Shown in pieces: positions 39,986-48,926 of a stretch of DNA of 64,000 nucleotides (the first letter of the stretch is position 1; each line of letters begins with the position of its first letter). Origin of the DNA: a virus; the IMG/VR virus record IMGVR_UViG_3300008116_000173, positions 8,522 through 72,521 of that record; one strand, 5' to 3'. The notes under the pieces were generated by a model that searched no databases, had not been told where the DNA came from, and worked only from the letters and a program-made list of their open reading frames with translations. A program made the translations under genes and the position numbers.

Positions 39986-40393
39986 TTAGTTTTTTTGATA
40001 ACGATATATATTTTTGTGAGGTACTGGTTTTAACTCACCTAATATGATATCTGGTTTATTTCTTTCAAGAAATATGTTTATTACATTAGGTACACTATCA
40101 GGATTAATCAGTAATGATACTGTATTATAACCTGGATGTGTAAATTCCATATGACAAAACATATTAGGGTCAACCCAAGTACTAAATTGATTACTAATTT
40201 TAATACCTGCTTGTTTACTATTGAATATGCCATCTATTGTGTATAGTTTAACATACACAGAATCAGTTTCAATTAAATTATAATCTAGATATACTTTAAA
40301 TGATAAAGTTTTATCAGTTAATTTAGGTGAACTGTCCTGTGCATGTAAAACTGACCCTAAAACAATAACCATGGCAGTTATTATGTTTTTCAT
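39986..40393 (-). CDS. Secreted/signal-peptide protein
   Basis: MKNIITAMVIVLGSVLHAQ is a Bacteroidota-type Sec signal ending A-Q. Confidence 0.6.
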   Translation of the reverse strand: MKNIITAMVIVLGSVLHAQDSSPKLTDKTLSFKVYLDYNLIETDSVYVKLYTIDGIFNSKQAGIKISNQFSTWVDPNMFCHMEFTHPGYNTVSLLINPDSVPNVINIFLERNKPDIILGELKPVPHKNIYRYQKN

Positions 40394-40515
40394 ATTTGCA
40401 CAAATATTCTAATTGCTTGGAATACAAGATATGCAAATGTAAATGTCAATATTGCTACTGTTACACCAAATGTTGCATCTTCATGTTTAGTGTAGATTTG
40501 TTTGATTTTTTTCAT
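40390..40515 (-). CDS. Small membrane peptide (41 aa, not in the ORF track)
   Basis: MKKIKQIYTKHEDATFGVTVAILTFTFAYLVFQAIRIFVQI; its stop overlaps the next ATG. Confidence 0.5.
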   Translation of the reverse strand: MKKIKQIYTKHEDATFGVTVAILTFTFAYLVFQAIRIFVQI

Positions 40516-40615
40516 AGTTTATTATATTATTTTGGTTATAATTATTATCAGTGATGATGATAATATAAAAATGACAGCAGTAAGACCTATTACTGCTATC
40601 ATTTTAAGTTGTTGC

Positions 40616-40876
40616 TTAGACATAAGTTTCTATGTACCAAGATTGTACTTGTGGAAATACAGGATGATCTGTATATGCTTCACTGTTATTAGGGTGAACC
40701 ATATCAAACCAATAATCACTGTAACCACCCTCCCAAATGTATTGTTGTAACCTATAGGCTGCATTAGGATCTTTATCTAATTGTTCTTGCATATCATCAA
40801 GAAAATCCATAATAGGTGATTTTAAATTGTTTGATGATTGTACATCAATAGCTGTGTTAATTTGTTGTGTTGTCAT
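40616..40876 (-). CDS. Hypothetical early protein
   Basis: ORF with an A-rich leader. Confidence 0.55.
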   Translation of the reverse strand: MTTQQINTAIDVQSSNNLKSPIMDFLDDMQEQLDKDPNAAYRLQQYIWEGGYSDYWFDMVHPNNSEAYTDHPVFPQVQSWYIETYV

Positions 40877-40977
40877 GGTTATTGTTTTTTAGTTTATGTT
40901 AATGAAATATAACATTACGCTATGTAATATTATAATGTGTATGATTATGTATAATTAATGAAAAGTGAAACAGTGGG

Positions 40978-41208
40978 TTAGAAGACCCACTGCAACACAT
41001 TAGTACCGTCTGTGTGTAACACAAACTCACCATTCTCATTAACTACAGGTGTAGTACTCTTAGGTTCAAAGTCTGTTAGTATGTCACCAACAGCATTTCC
41101 TGGGTTAGCACACCAAGCAAATGTATAGCCAACGCTATATTTAGATGTTTTAGCACCTACTAACATTGTTTTACCTGTTTGTGATAATTTAAATACTTTA
41201 GCTTCCAT
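40978..41208 (-). CDS. Hypothetical early protein (first gene of the leftward block)
   Basis: ORF with an A-rich leader, next to the strand switch. Confidence 0.6.
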   Translation of the reverse strand: MEAKVFKLSQTGKTMLVGAKTSKYSVGYTFAWCANPGNAVGDILTDFEPKSTTPVVNENGEFVLHTDGTNVLQWVF

Positions 41209-41319
41209 GATTTTTGTTTTTTAAGGTTTAGGTGGCAGTACTACCCTTCCTGCCAAAGTTTAGTGGGGGTATGTAGTTGGGGGAGGTCACTAACAACATG
41301 CATATAATTTTTCAAAAAA

Positions 41320-41490
41320 ACTAAAGGTAAAGGTCAATGTATTTTAGTAATTGATTATAGTGAGGAGCATGATTTAAAATGGGTAGTTATACAGGATGAT
41401 ACAGGTGAGGTATGGGCTTGGCCTAATGATAAGGTTAGGGGTTTTAAGAATGTAACTATGGGTAGAAACAGTGTTAGTAAAATAAGTTAA
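41320..41490 (+). pseudogene. Start-less or frameshifted small phage gene
   Basis: Frame reads TKGKGQCILVIDYSEEHDLKWVVIQDDTGEVWAWPNDKVRGFKNVTMGR... It has no in-frame start; the nearest ATG (41298) is out of frame across an A7 run. Confidence 0.5.
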
Positions 41491-41497
41491 TTTATAT

Positions 41498-41770
41498 ATG
41501 AGCAATGATGAATTTCAAATGAAAGGTTTTTGGGATAAGAAACCTACACAAAGTAAGGTTTTTAAACCTAATGAGATTATTGGTTTTTTAATGGTTAATG
41601 GCTCTTGGGCTGTTTATTTAAAGGAAGGTGTTAGGCGTAAAAGGTATGTCCAAAACCCTGAGTTTGAAAACTTTACACAGATTAATCAGGAATTAATTAA
41701 TTATGAATTATGGCAAAAGTATTATAAGGTTATATTAGGGGTTGATGACTTTAGTCATAACATTGAATAA
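41498..41770 (+). CDS. Hypothetical protein
   Basis: 90-aa ORF on the late strand. Confidence 0.55.
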   Translation: MSNDEFQMKGFWDKKPTQSKVFKPNEIIGFLMVNGSWAVYLKEGVRRKRYVQNPEFENFTQINQELINYELWQKYYKVILGVDDFSHNIE

Positions 41771-41820
41771 TTTTTTAATAATTTATAGCTCATATATCAA
41801 AATTTATTGTATATTAATAG

Positions 41821-42120
41821 TATGGTAAGGGTTAACATTGTTAACATCACCTCTGAGGGCCAAAAGGTAGTTAAGAGGTCAGACATTGGGTTAGTAGGTA
41901 TAAATAATACTGAGGTTGTCCCCAATACCTTACAAAAAGGACCTTATAAGGAAAAAGGTAGATAGCTGGAGCACAAGGTAAAGGTACCCTCCTGAATTAA
42001 CAGGGTTAAAGCTTCCAGATAGGTTTAAATGACCTAGGGCTAAATACTGATCTACTATAATCCTAAAGGTTAAAATCGCTTAGTGGTAACATTAAGTCAA
42101 AAAAGGCAGTTTCTGCAGGG
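41821..42120 (+). ncRNA. Candidate structured non-coding RNA
   Basis: GC-enriched intergenic segment with at least nine nested helices and a GNRA-capped hairpin (see findings). Confidence 0.55.
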
Positions 42121-42181
42121 GTATGTTTTATCTTAAAAAATATAAGGGATAGTTATATAACATGTGTTATTATATATTAAA

Positions 42182-42219
42182 TTTGTAAGATATAATAATA
42201 TATGTTATATTTAACATTA
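42182..42219 (+). promoter_or_regulatory. Putative late promoter (TTTG-N20-TATATTTA)
   Basis: Resembles the Bacteroidota -33 TTTG / -7 TAnnTTTG architecture. The 15-mer TTATATTTAACATTA (42205-19) recurs at 49948-62. Confidence 0.55.
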
Positions 42220-42235
42220 AAAGGGTAAAAGTAAT

Positions 42236-42598
42236 ATGGAATATAAAATACCAGTTAATAGCCAGAATTATTTTAAGGCTATGCTGACCGTTTTAAATTT
42301 TAATTTGAATCTGTCAGAATTGGAAATGGATATACTCTGTGCCATGATGAATAATGGTTTGATAGAGGTAAACATTGACACTAGGGAAATTATTAGGAAG
42401 GTGCTTAATAAGGATAAGTTCATGACTAATAATTATATTAAACGATTAAGGAATAAAAATGTACTTTTAGATAAGCCTAATGCCAATAGGGTGTATTATA
42501 TTAATCCAGCTATATTGAACATTATGAATGATATGAAAGTGAGTTTTGAATTTATTATAGCAGATGAAAATAACACAATTCAGGATCAGCAAGATTAA
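42236..42598 (+). CDS. Winged-HTH protein (RepL-like) of the late module
   Basis: LSELEMDIL...NNYIKRLRNKNVL...YYINP. Confidence 0.55.
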   Translation: MEYKIPVNSQNYFKAMLTVLNFNLNLSELEMDILCAMMNNGLIEVNIDTREIIRKVLNKDKFMTNNYIKRLRNKNVLLDKPNANRVYYINPAILNIMNDMKVSFEFIIADENNTIQDQQD

Positions 42599-42746
42599 TG
42601 AAGAAGACTTTGAAGAAGTACTTAATGAGCTTACAATGGGTTTTAGGAAGTATCGTAATAAAAATGTAGGTTTTAATTATACATTGGAGCATGACGATAA
42701 GACTATAACTATTAAGTTTGTAGAGTTAGATGAGTCCGTTAATTGA
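42564..42746 (+). CDS. Hypothetical protein
   Basis: Overlap-coupled ORF. Confidence 0.5.
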   Translation: MKITQFRISKINEEDFEEVLNELTMGFRKYRNKNVGFNYTLEHDDKTITIKFVELDESVN

Positions 42747-42984
42747 TGATATATTAAATGAAATGAAAGCTGAATTTGGGATAACTAAATTTGAGCTTGA
42801 AAAAATAATTGACTCCCAGTTTAAGATGCTTGCACAAACTATTGAAAGCAGGGAAGTTAAAGAAGTACATATTAAGAATGTAGGTAAATTTAAACCAACA
42901 ACGTATTTAATAGCTTATAAGGATGGCAGAGTTAAAAGCAAAAATAAAGGAAATAATACAGGGGTGGAAGAATCACCTCAGTAA
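42730..42984 (+). CDS. HU/IHF-like DNA-binding protein
   Basis: Two helices followed by EVHIKNVGKFK (HU V.I.GFG.F-like motif). HU/IHF homologues are usual in crAss-like late modules. Confidence 0.65.
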   Translation: MSPLIDDILNEMKAEFGITKFELEKIIDSQFKMLAQTIESREVKEVHIKNVGKFKPTTYLIAYKDGRVKSKNKGNNTGVEESPQ

Positions 42985-43213
42985 TCCTTCTGTTGATATA
43001 ACTAGGTTAGCTGATACAAGGATGCAGTTGTGTGGACGTTGTTCTTTAAACATAGGTAACTTTTGTTCTAAGAATAAGGAAGGGTATGCTTTAACTAAGT
43101 TCATGTATAATGGGGAACAAAGATCCCCAGGTTATAAATACAAAGGGTGTGGTTGTTATTTACCTGCTAAAACCAAATCACCAACCTCTTCTTGTCCTTT
43201 AGGTAAATGGTGA
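42923..43213 (+). CDS. Cys-rich Zn-binding protein (DUF6171-like)
   Basis: R..LC..C...GCGC.L.AK.....CPLGKW. Confidence 0.65.
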   Translation: MAELKAKIKEIIQGWKNHLSNPSVDITRLADTRMQLCGRCSLNIGNFCSKNKEGYALTKFMYNGEQRSPGYKYKGCGCYLPAKTKSPTSSCPLGKW

Positions 43214-43229
43214 TATAAAAGTAAATACT

Positions 43230-43520
43230 ATGAGGTTGCATGAATTTGAAATAATAAGCGATGTTCAGTCAACAACTTCTAAACCAAAGATATTGACCAA
43301 GAACGATAAAATTAAAAAGTTATTTAACCTTGATGAAATAACTGCTGAGGAGTTTATAGATGGTAAGACAGGTAAACATGTTAAGAAGTACTGTGTTATA
43401 CATGATTTAAACAATACAGCATATAAGGTTAATACACCATATGAAACTGTTAAAAATATAATACTTAATAAAACTTTTATGGTGCAAGGTTTTGCATCTA
43501 AAAGTAAAAATAAAAAATAG
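43230..43520 (+). CDS. Hypothetical protein
   Basis: ORF in the operon. Confidence 0.6.
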   Translation: MRLHEFEIISDVQSTTSKPKILTKNDKIKKLFNLDEITAEEFIDGKTGKHVKKYCVIHDLNNTAYKVNTPYETVKNIILNKTFMVQGFASKSKNKK

Positions 43521-43522
43521 TT

Positions 43523-43801
43523 GTGAAGATACCTAAGAAATTACAAATACTAGGCAAGACTGTGGTTATACAACAACCATGGAGAATTAGTAAGCAAGAT
43601 CATAGGGGTGAGTTTGATTATATTAAGGGTATTATTAAGGTTAAACGTAGTTTACCTAAAGAAGAAAAAGAAACTATATTTTTACATGAATTGACACATG
43701 CTGTTTTAGATTATTTAGAATATGATGAGTTGTCAAAAGATGAAAAGTTTGTAGAGCGTTTTTCAAAAGGTTTACATCAAGCATTAACAACAATGGAATA
43801 A
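43523..43801 (+). CDS. Small zinc metallopeptidase-like protein (HExxH)
   Basis: IFLHELTHAVL...DEKFVE. Confidence 0.7.
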   Translation: MKIPKKLQILGKTVVIQQPWRISKQDHRGEFDYIKGIIKVKRSLPKEEKETIFLHELTHAVLDYLEYDELSKDEKFVERFSKGLHQALTTME

Positions 43802-43802
43802 T

Positions 43803-44033
43803 ATGGAAGAAAATAAAACACTTGAAGAAAAAAACATAATTGAAAAGCATACCTTCGATAAGCAATTTAAACTAAGCGTAGCTTTAATTGACCTTGAAAA
43901 TAGGATTAAAGATTTAGACGTTAGAACCAGGGCATTAGAAGAAGCTATGCATTTTTTTGTTCAATGGTATAATGAAAAAGAAAGAGTAGACATATTGGTG
44001 CCAGAGCACTTAAAAGAGTATACGAAAAAATAA
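43803..44033 (+). CDS. Small coiled-coil protein
   Basis: Heptad pattern. Confidence 0.55.
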   Translation: MEENKTLEEKNIIEKHTFDKQFKLSVALIDLENRIKDLDVRTRALEEAMHFFVQWYNEKERVDILVPEHLKEYTKK

Positions 44034-44036
44034 TTT

Positions 44037-44357
44037 ATGAGTAAAAAACAGGGCGTAAAAGTAGAAGAAAGTCAAAAAGGTGTTGTACCCAACCCTAACA
44101 AAACCATATCTATGAGTTTATTAGAATCTTATAGAAGGGTATTGTATGAAATAAAGATATTTTTTGACTCTATAGAGTTTGATAAGATTGAAGAATTAGA
44201 ACTCAAGATTAAAACCGCTAAGTCTATACTTGATGCTGGCAAAGTATTAGGTGACAATATTAGTTCTTTGGATGTGCTTGAAGAAAAAGTAAAGCGTGAA
44301 GAAAAAGAAAATTCAGTACGCAGAGGTGGTGCTGAAACAAGTATGTTTGAATTGTAA
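44037..44357 (+). CDS. Putative terminase small subunit
   Basis: Helical protein ending VRRGG...FE, immediately before terL. Confidence 0.45.
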   Translation: MSKKQGVKVEESQKGVVPNPNKTISMSLLESYRRVLYEIKIFFDSIEFDKIEELELKIKTAKSILDAGKVLGDNISSLDVLEEKVKREEKENSVRRGGAETSMFEL

Positions 44358-44359
44358 AT

Positions 44360-46375
44360 ATGTCATCTAATACACAATATGTACCACAGGTAGATAAGTT
44401 TGAGAATACCGATGAGTTTAGACAGTTAGCAATACTGTTTGAACAAAAAGGGTATTATACAGATTTACCTAAAGGTACTCCTCAGTATAAAGAGTTTTGG
44501 GTAGAAGAAGATAGGAAATGTAGGTTTGGTGTAACTAATTCAAAAGGGATTAGTATAACAGGTATACATTATTTTTACTTGAATTATATTCAGATTAAAG
44601 CTGAAGATGAATCTACAGGTAGGAAGAAGATGAAGTTCCCAAGATTTTTGGATATTGATTATGATTATTTTCATTTAGTTGAAGCGTGCAGAAGATTAAA
44701 AAAAGGTCTTATATTTTCTAAACCACGACGTACTGGGTTTAGTTATAAGAATGCTGCATTAATGACACATGAATATAATTTTTATAGAGATTCTAAATGT
44801 GTTATAGGTGCTTATTTAGAACGTTTGTCTACAAACACAATGAACATGGTTTTAGACAATATGAACTTTTTAAATGCCAACACAGAATGGCGTAAACAAC
44901 GTAATCCTGATACAAAGGATTTTGTTAAGTCCAGGTTTGAAGCATCTGTAGATGGTGTTAAAGTGTGGCGTGGTTACATGTCTGAAGTAACCAAGTTAAC
45001 ATTTAAAGATAACCCATTTGCATCTGTTGGTTTGAGTGCTAGTGTATTTATATTTGAAGAAGCTGGTACTTTGGTAAACCTAAAAGAATCTTATAATATG
45101 TCAGAGCCGTGCTGGAAAGATGGTGAGAATATGATAGGTGTACCTATTGTATTTGGTACTGGTGGTGATATGGAAGGTGGTACAGCAGACTTTGCATACA
45201 TGTTTAATAACCCAAAACAATATAACTTGTTAGAGTTTACAAATGTGTGGGAAGATGGTAAATCACATACTAGTTGTGGTTGGTTTATACCAGCTACACG
45301 TGGTAGGTTAGGTTTATACAAAAATAAACGCATGGTAGATGTGGATGGTAATTCTGATCAGGAATTAGCATTAGAATCAATTATGAGTTTACGTGAAGCT
45401 AAAAGATCAGGGCATGATAATAAGGCTTTACAAGATGCTATAACACAGTATCCATTAACACCTAGTGAATCTTTTTTAAGGAACGCAGGCACAGTATTTT
45501 CAAGTATGGAGATGAATGAATGGTTAGCTAAACTTGAAACTACACCTTCTTTAAGGGATGATAAAAAGAAAGTTGAATTATACTTTGATACAAATAACAA
45601 GCTTAAAGCTAAAATAAACCCAGATCTGCAGGATATTATAAATTATCCTTTGCAGAAGTCAGATAACAAAGAGGGTTGTGTTGTATTGTATGAGGATCCT
45701 GTAGATAACCCACCATTTGGGTTGTATATTGCAGGGTGTGACCCATATGATCAAGATAAAGCACAACACAGTGAATCATTAGGTTCATTCTTTGTGTACA
45801 AAAGGTTTATGACTAATGCTCATACCTACGATCATATTGTAGCTGAGTATACAGGTAGACCTGAAAGAGCTGATGATTTTTATGAAACATGCAGACGTTT
45901 ATGCATATATTACAATGCTAAGTGTTTGTATGAAAACCAGCTTAAAGGTTTAAAAGGTTATTTTGAAATGAAGAACAGCCTGCATTATTTGTGTGAACAA
46001 CCACAGATAATTAAGGATATTGTTACTAATTCAAAAGTGAGCAGGGGATATGGTATTCATATGGCTATACAAATTAAAGATCAATGTGAATTGTATTTAA
46101 AACAATGGTTATATGAAGAACGTGAGGATATAGATGGAAAAAAAATATTAAATTTACATACTATAAAATCTATACCACTGCTTAAAGAATTAATTACATA
46201 TGACAGACAAGCTAACACGGATAGAGTTATAGCTTTTATGTTATGTATATTACAATCCAAAGAATTACATAAAATTCATTTGGAAGAAACACAACCTAAA
46301 ACTATTTTAGAAATGGACCCTTTCTTTTCAAAGCGTTTGTTTCAAAAAAATACATACAATAAAATTAAATACTAA
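44360..46375 (+). CDS. terL: Terminase large subunit
   Basis: ITGIHYFYLNY, KPRRTGFSYK Walker A, FEEAG, FGTGG, GCDPYD, YENQ and DRVIA nuclease motifs. Confidence 0.93.
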   Translation: MSSNTQYVPQVDKFENTDEFRQLAILFEQKGYYTDLPKGTPQYKEFWVEEDRKCRFGVTNSKGISITGIHYFYLNYIQIKAEDESTGRKKMKFPRFLDIDYDYFHLVEACRRLKKGLIFSKPRRTGFSYKNAALMTHEYNFYRDSKCVIGAYLERLSTNTMNMVLDNMNFLNANTEWRKQRNPDTKDFVKSRFEASVDGVKVWRGYMSEVTKLTFKDNPFASVGLSASVFIFEEAGTLVNLKESYNMSEPCWKDGENMIGVPIVFGTGGDMEGGTADFAYMFNNPKQYNLLEFTNVWEDGKSHTSCGWFIPATRGRLGLYKNKRMVDVDGNSDQELALESIMSLREAKRSGHDNKALQDAITQYPLTPSESFLRNAGTVFSSMEMNEWLAKLETTPSLRDDKKKVELYFDTNNKLKAKINPDLQDIINYPLQKSDNKEGCVVLYEDPVDNPPFGLYIAGCDPYDQDKAQHSESLGSFFVYKRFMTNAHTYDHIVAEYTGRPERADDFYETCRRLCIYYNAKCLYENQLKGLKGYFEMKNSLHYLCEQPQIIKDIVTNSKVSRGYGIHMAIQIKDQCELYLKQWLYEEREDIDGKKILNLHTIKSIPLLKELITYDRQANTDRVIAFMLCILQSKELHKIHLEETQPKTILEMDPFFSKRLFQKNTYNKIKY

Positions 46376-46392
46376 CTTAATAATAAAGAAAA

Positions 46393-48921
46393 GTGGCTTT
46401 ACCTATACAAAAGTTACCTTTTAAGAAAAAGGATGATGATTGGAAAAAAGATACTATGGACTACTTTGAACGTATGTCATACAGTTCTGTAGCATCTAAC
46501 CGTACAACCAATTATAATAAAAAAATTAACTATGACCTGTTTAATGGTCGTTTTAACAAAGCTGACTTAGAATATGTTTGTAATCCTTTAGGGCTTACAG
46601 AAAATGAATTCCCAGCTACACTGCAGCATTATGATATTGCATCTCCTTCTCTTAACCTTCTTATAGGTGAAGAAACTAAAAGGGGTGATAATTTTATAGT
46701 AGTTTCAGAAAGTTTAAGCGATATTAATCGTAAACAAGAACAGTTAAAAAATACTATAGTAGCTGCATTACAGCAGAAACTAATGGGTGAGATTGATCCA
46801 AGTACTATTGATCCTAACAATCCTCCACCCACCCCAGAACAAATTGTTAAATACCAAAAGCATAACATTACAGATCTTATAGAGTCACAAGCTAATAAGA
46901 TACTTAAGTTTTTACGTAAGAATTTAAATACCAAAGAGATATTTAAAAAGGGATGGAAAGATGCTTTAATAGCTGGTGAAGAAATTTACTGGACAGGTAT
47001 ATCTAATGATGATGTTACACTAAGACGTTGTAACCCATTAAACGTTACTGTAATACTTGATGGTGATACAGATTATGTAGATGATGCTTTAGCTGTAGTA
47101 GAAGTACGTATGTTAGCTCCTGCTAGTATTATTGATGAGTTTGGTAGTGATTTAACACCTGAACAAGTTGAGAAGATTGAAGCATTATCTAAACGTTTTA
47201 CATCAGGTTATAACTTAGTTAATAACAGTCCTACATTTACATTAGATAAAACAGCTGGTGTAGTTGATACAGGTTTATCAAACTTCTCAACAATTAACAC
47301 TACTGCAGGTGCATTTAATTCTGAATTACTACGTGTAGTACGTGTAGAATGGAAATCATTTAAAAAGCTTTACCATTTGACATATTTAGATATGGAAACA
47401 GGGTTACCTGTTGAACAAATTGTAGATGAATCTTTTGATATTAAAGTATTTAAAGGTTTTAATGATACTGCTAAGGTTGAAGAGTTTTGGATTAATGAAG
47501 CATGGGAGGGTATTAAGATTGGTGATAGTATTTATGTAAATGTACAACCTAAACCTAATCAACGTAGACGTATGGATAACCCATACTATTGTAAATTAGG
47601 TTATACAGGTTTAATTTATAATGCTACTAACAGTGTATCAGTATCTCTGTTAGATCGTATTAAACCATATCAATATTTATACAACATTATATCTTACAGG
47701 TTAGAATTAGCATTTGCTAGTGATCAAGGTAGGATATTCCTTATGGACTTAGCTCAAGTACCTAGGTCTGAAGGTATGGATATTGAACGCTGGATGTATT
47801 ATTTGAAAGCTATGAAGATAGCTTTTATTAACAGCTTTGAAGAAGGTAAAAAAGGTGTAGCTACTGGTAAGTTATCAAACTTTAATCAGTTTCAATCTAT
47901 TGATTTAAGTTTAGCTAATCAAATTAATCAGTATATACAAACTTTAGATTACATTAAATCTCAAGTAGCATTTATCAGTGGTGTATCACCACAACGTTTA
48001 GGTTCTATTAACACAAGTGAACTTGTAGGTAATGTAGAACGTTCAGTAAATCAATCTGCGTTGATTACAGAGTATTTATTTGACTCTCATGATGAAGTTA
48101 AACGTAGGGTATATATGGCACTTGTAGAATGTGCTAAAATGGCTTATAGGGATGGTAAAAAAGTACAATTTGTACTTGATGATATGGGTATAGAATTATT
48201 AGATGTACCTGAATTACAACTTGAAAATTCTGAATTTGGTGTTTATATTTCCAATGCTACAAAAGATCAAACAGTTGTTCAAACGCTTAAACAATTGGCT
48301 CAAGCAGCTATTCAGTCTGATAAAGCTGATTTGTCTACTATTATTGACACCATTGTTAATGACAATCCTAGGGACATCATTAGGTTGTTACAGAATAATG
48401 AGCAGGCTAAACAACAGCGTGATGCACAATCTGCACAGCAACAACAACAAATGCAACAGCAACAGTTAGAAATGCAAATGCAGATGAAGCAACAAGAGAT
48501 GAATCTTAAACAATATGAAGTTGATAGTAATAATCAAACTAAGATTCAGGTTGCTGAGATAAATGCTATGCGTAGTATGACAGGTCCTAGTGATGTTAAT
48601 GAAAACAAAATACCTGATCCTATGGAAGTAGCTAATGCATCATTAAAAGAACGTGAGATAGCATCTAAATCATTTAGTGAGCAAGCTAAACTAATGCAGG
48701 ATTCAAATAAACACAATAAACAAATGCAACTTAAAGAAAAAGAGATGCAGATGAAAAAAGATATTGAAGATAAAAAACTTGAAGCTATTAAAATACAAAA
48801 TCAAAATCAAATTGAATTAGCTAATAAAAAAGCACAACTTGATAAAGAAATGGCTAATAAAAAACTTGAACTTGAAAAATTAAAAATAAAAGCATCAAAT
48901 AATAATAAAACTAAAAAATAA
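46393..48921 (+). CDS. Portal protein
   Basis: Follows terL; P.QKL, LIGEE.KR, WINEAWEG, SGVSPQRLG and a Gln-rich coiled-coil C-terminus. Confidence 0.9.
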   Translation: MALPIQKLPFKKKDDDWKKDTMDYFERMSYSSVASNRTTNYNKKINYDLFNGRFNKADLEYVCNPLGLTENEFPATLQHYDIASPSLNLLIGEETKRGDNFIVVSESLSDINRKQEQLKNTIVAALQQKLMGEIDPSTIDPNNPPPTPEQIVKYQKHNITDLIESQANKILKFLRKNLNTKEIFKKGWKDALIAGEEIYWTGISNDDVTLRRCNPLNVTVILDGDTDYVDDALAVVEVRMLAPASIIDEFGSDLTPEQVEKIEALSKRFTSGYNLVNNSPTFTLDKTAGVVDTGLSNFSTINTTAGAFNSELLRVVRVEWKSFKKLYHLTYLDMETGLPVEQIVDESFDIKVFKGFNDTAKVEEFWINEAWEGIKIGDSIYVNVQPKPNQRRRMDNPYYCKLGYTGLIYNATNSVSVSLLDRIKPYQYLYNIISYRLELAFASDQGRIFLMDLAQVPRSEGMDIERWMYYLKAMKIAFINSFEEGKKGVATGKLSNFNQFQSIDLSLANQINQYIQTLDYIKSQVAFISGVSPQRLGSINTSELVGNVERSVNQSALITEYLFDSHDEVKRRVYMALVECAKMAYRDGKKVQFVLDDMGIELLDVPELQLENSEFGVYISNATKDQTVVQTLKQLAQAAIQSDKADLSTIIDTIVNDNPRDIIRLLQNNEQAKQQRDAQSAQQQQQMQQQQLEMQMQMKQQEMNLKQYEVDSNNQTKIQVAEINAMRSMTGPSDVNENKIPDPMEVANASLKEREIASKSFSEQAKLMQDSNKHNKQMQLKEKEMQMKKDIEDKKLEAIKIQNQNQIELANKKAQLDKEMANKKLELEKLKIKASNNNKTKK

Positions 48922-48926
48922 AAACA

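Noticed and set aside
23919-40750. Short ORFs 23919..24131, 29875..30069, 35172..35378, 36336..36611, 38092..38292 and 40502..40750
   Set aside because: They overlap well-supported minus-strand genes and have shadow-like composition.
18398-46375. Introns or inteins in nrdJ, polB, helicase or terL
   Set aside because: All are continuous and of normal length, with no intein or homing endonuclease motifs seen.
48410-48500. CAA/CAG-rich repeat
   Set aside because: It encodes the ordinary Gln-rich coiled coil of the portal C-terminus.
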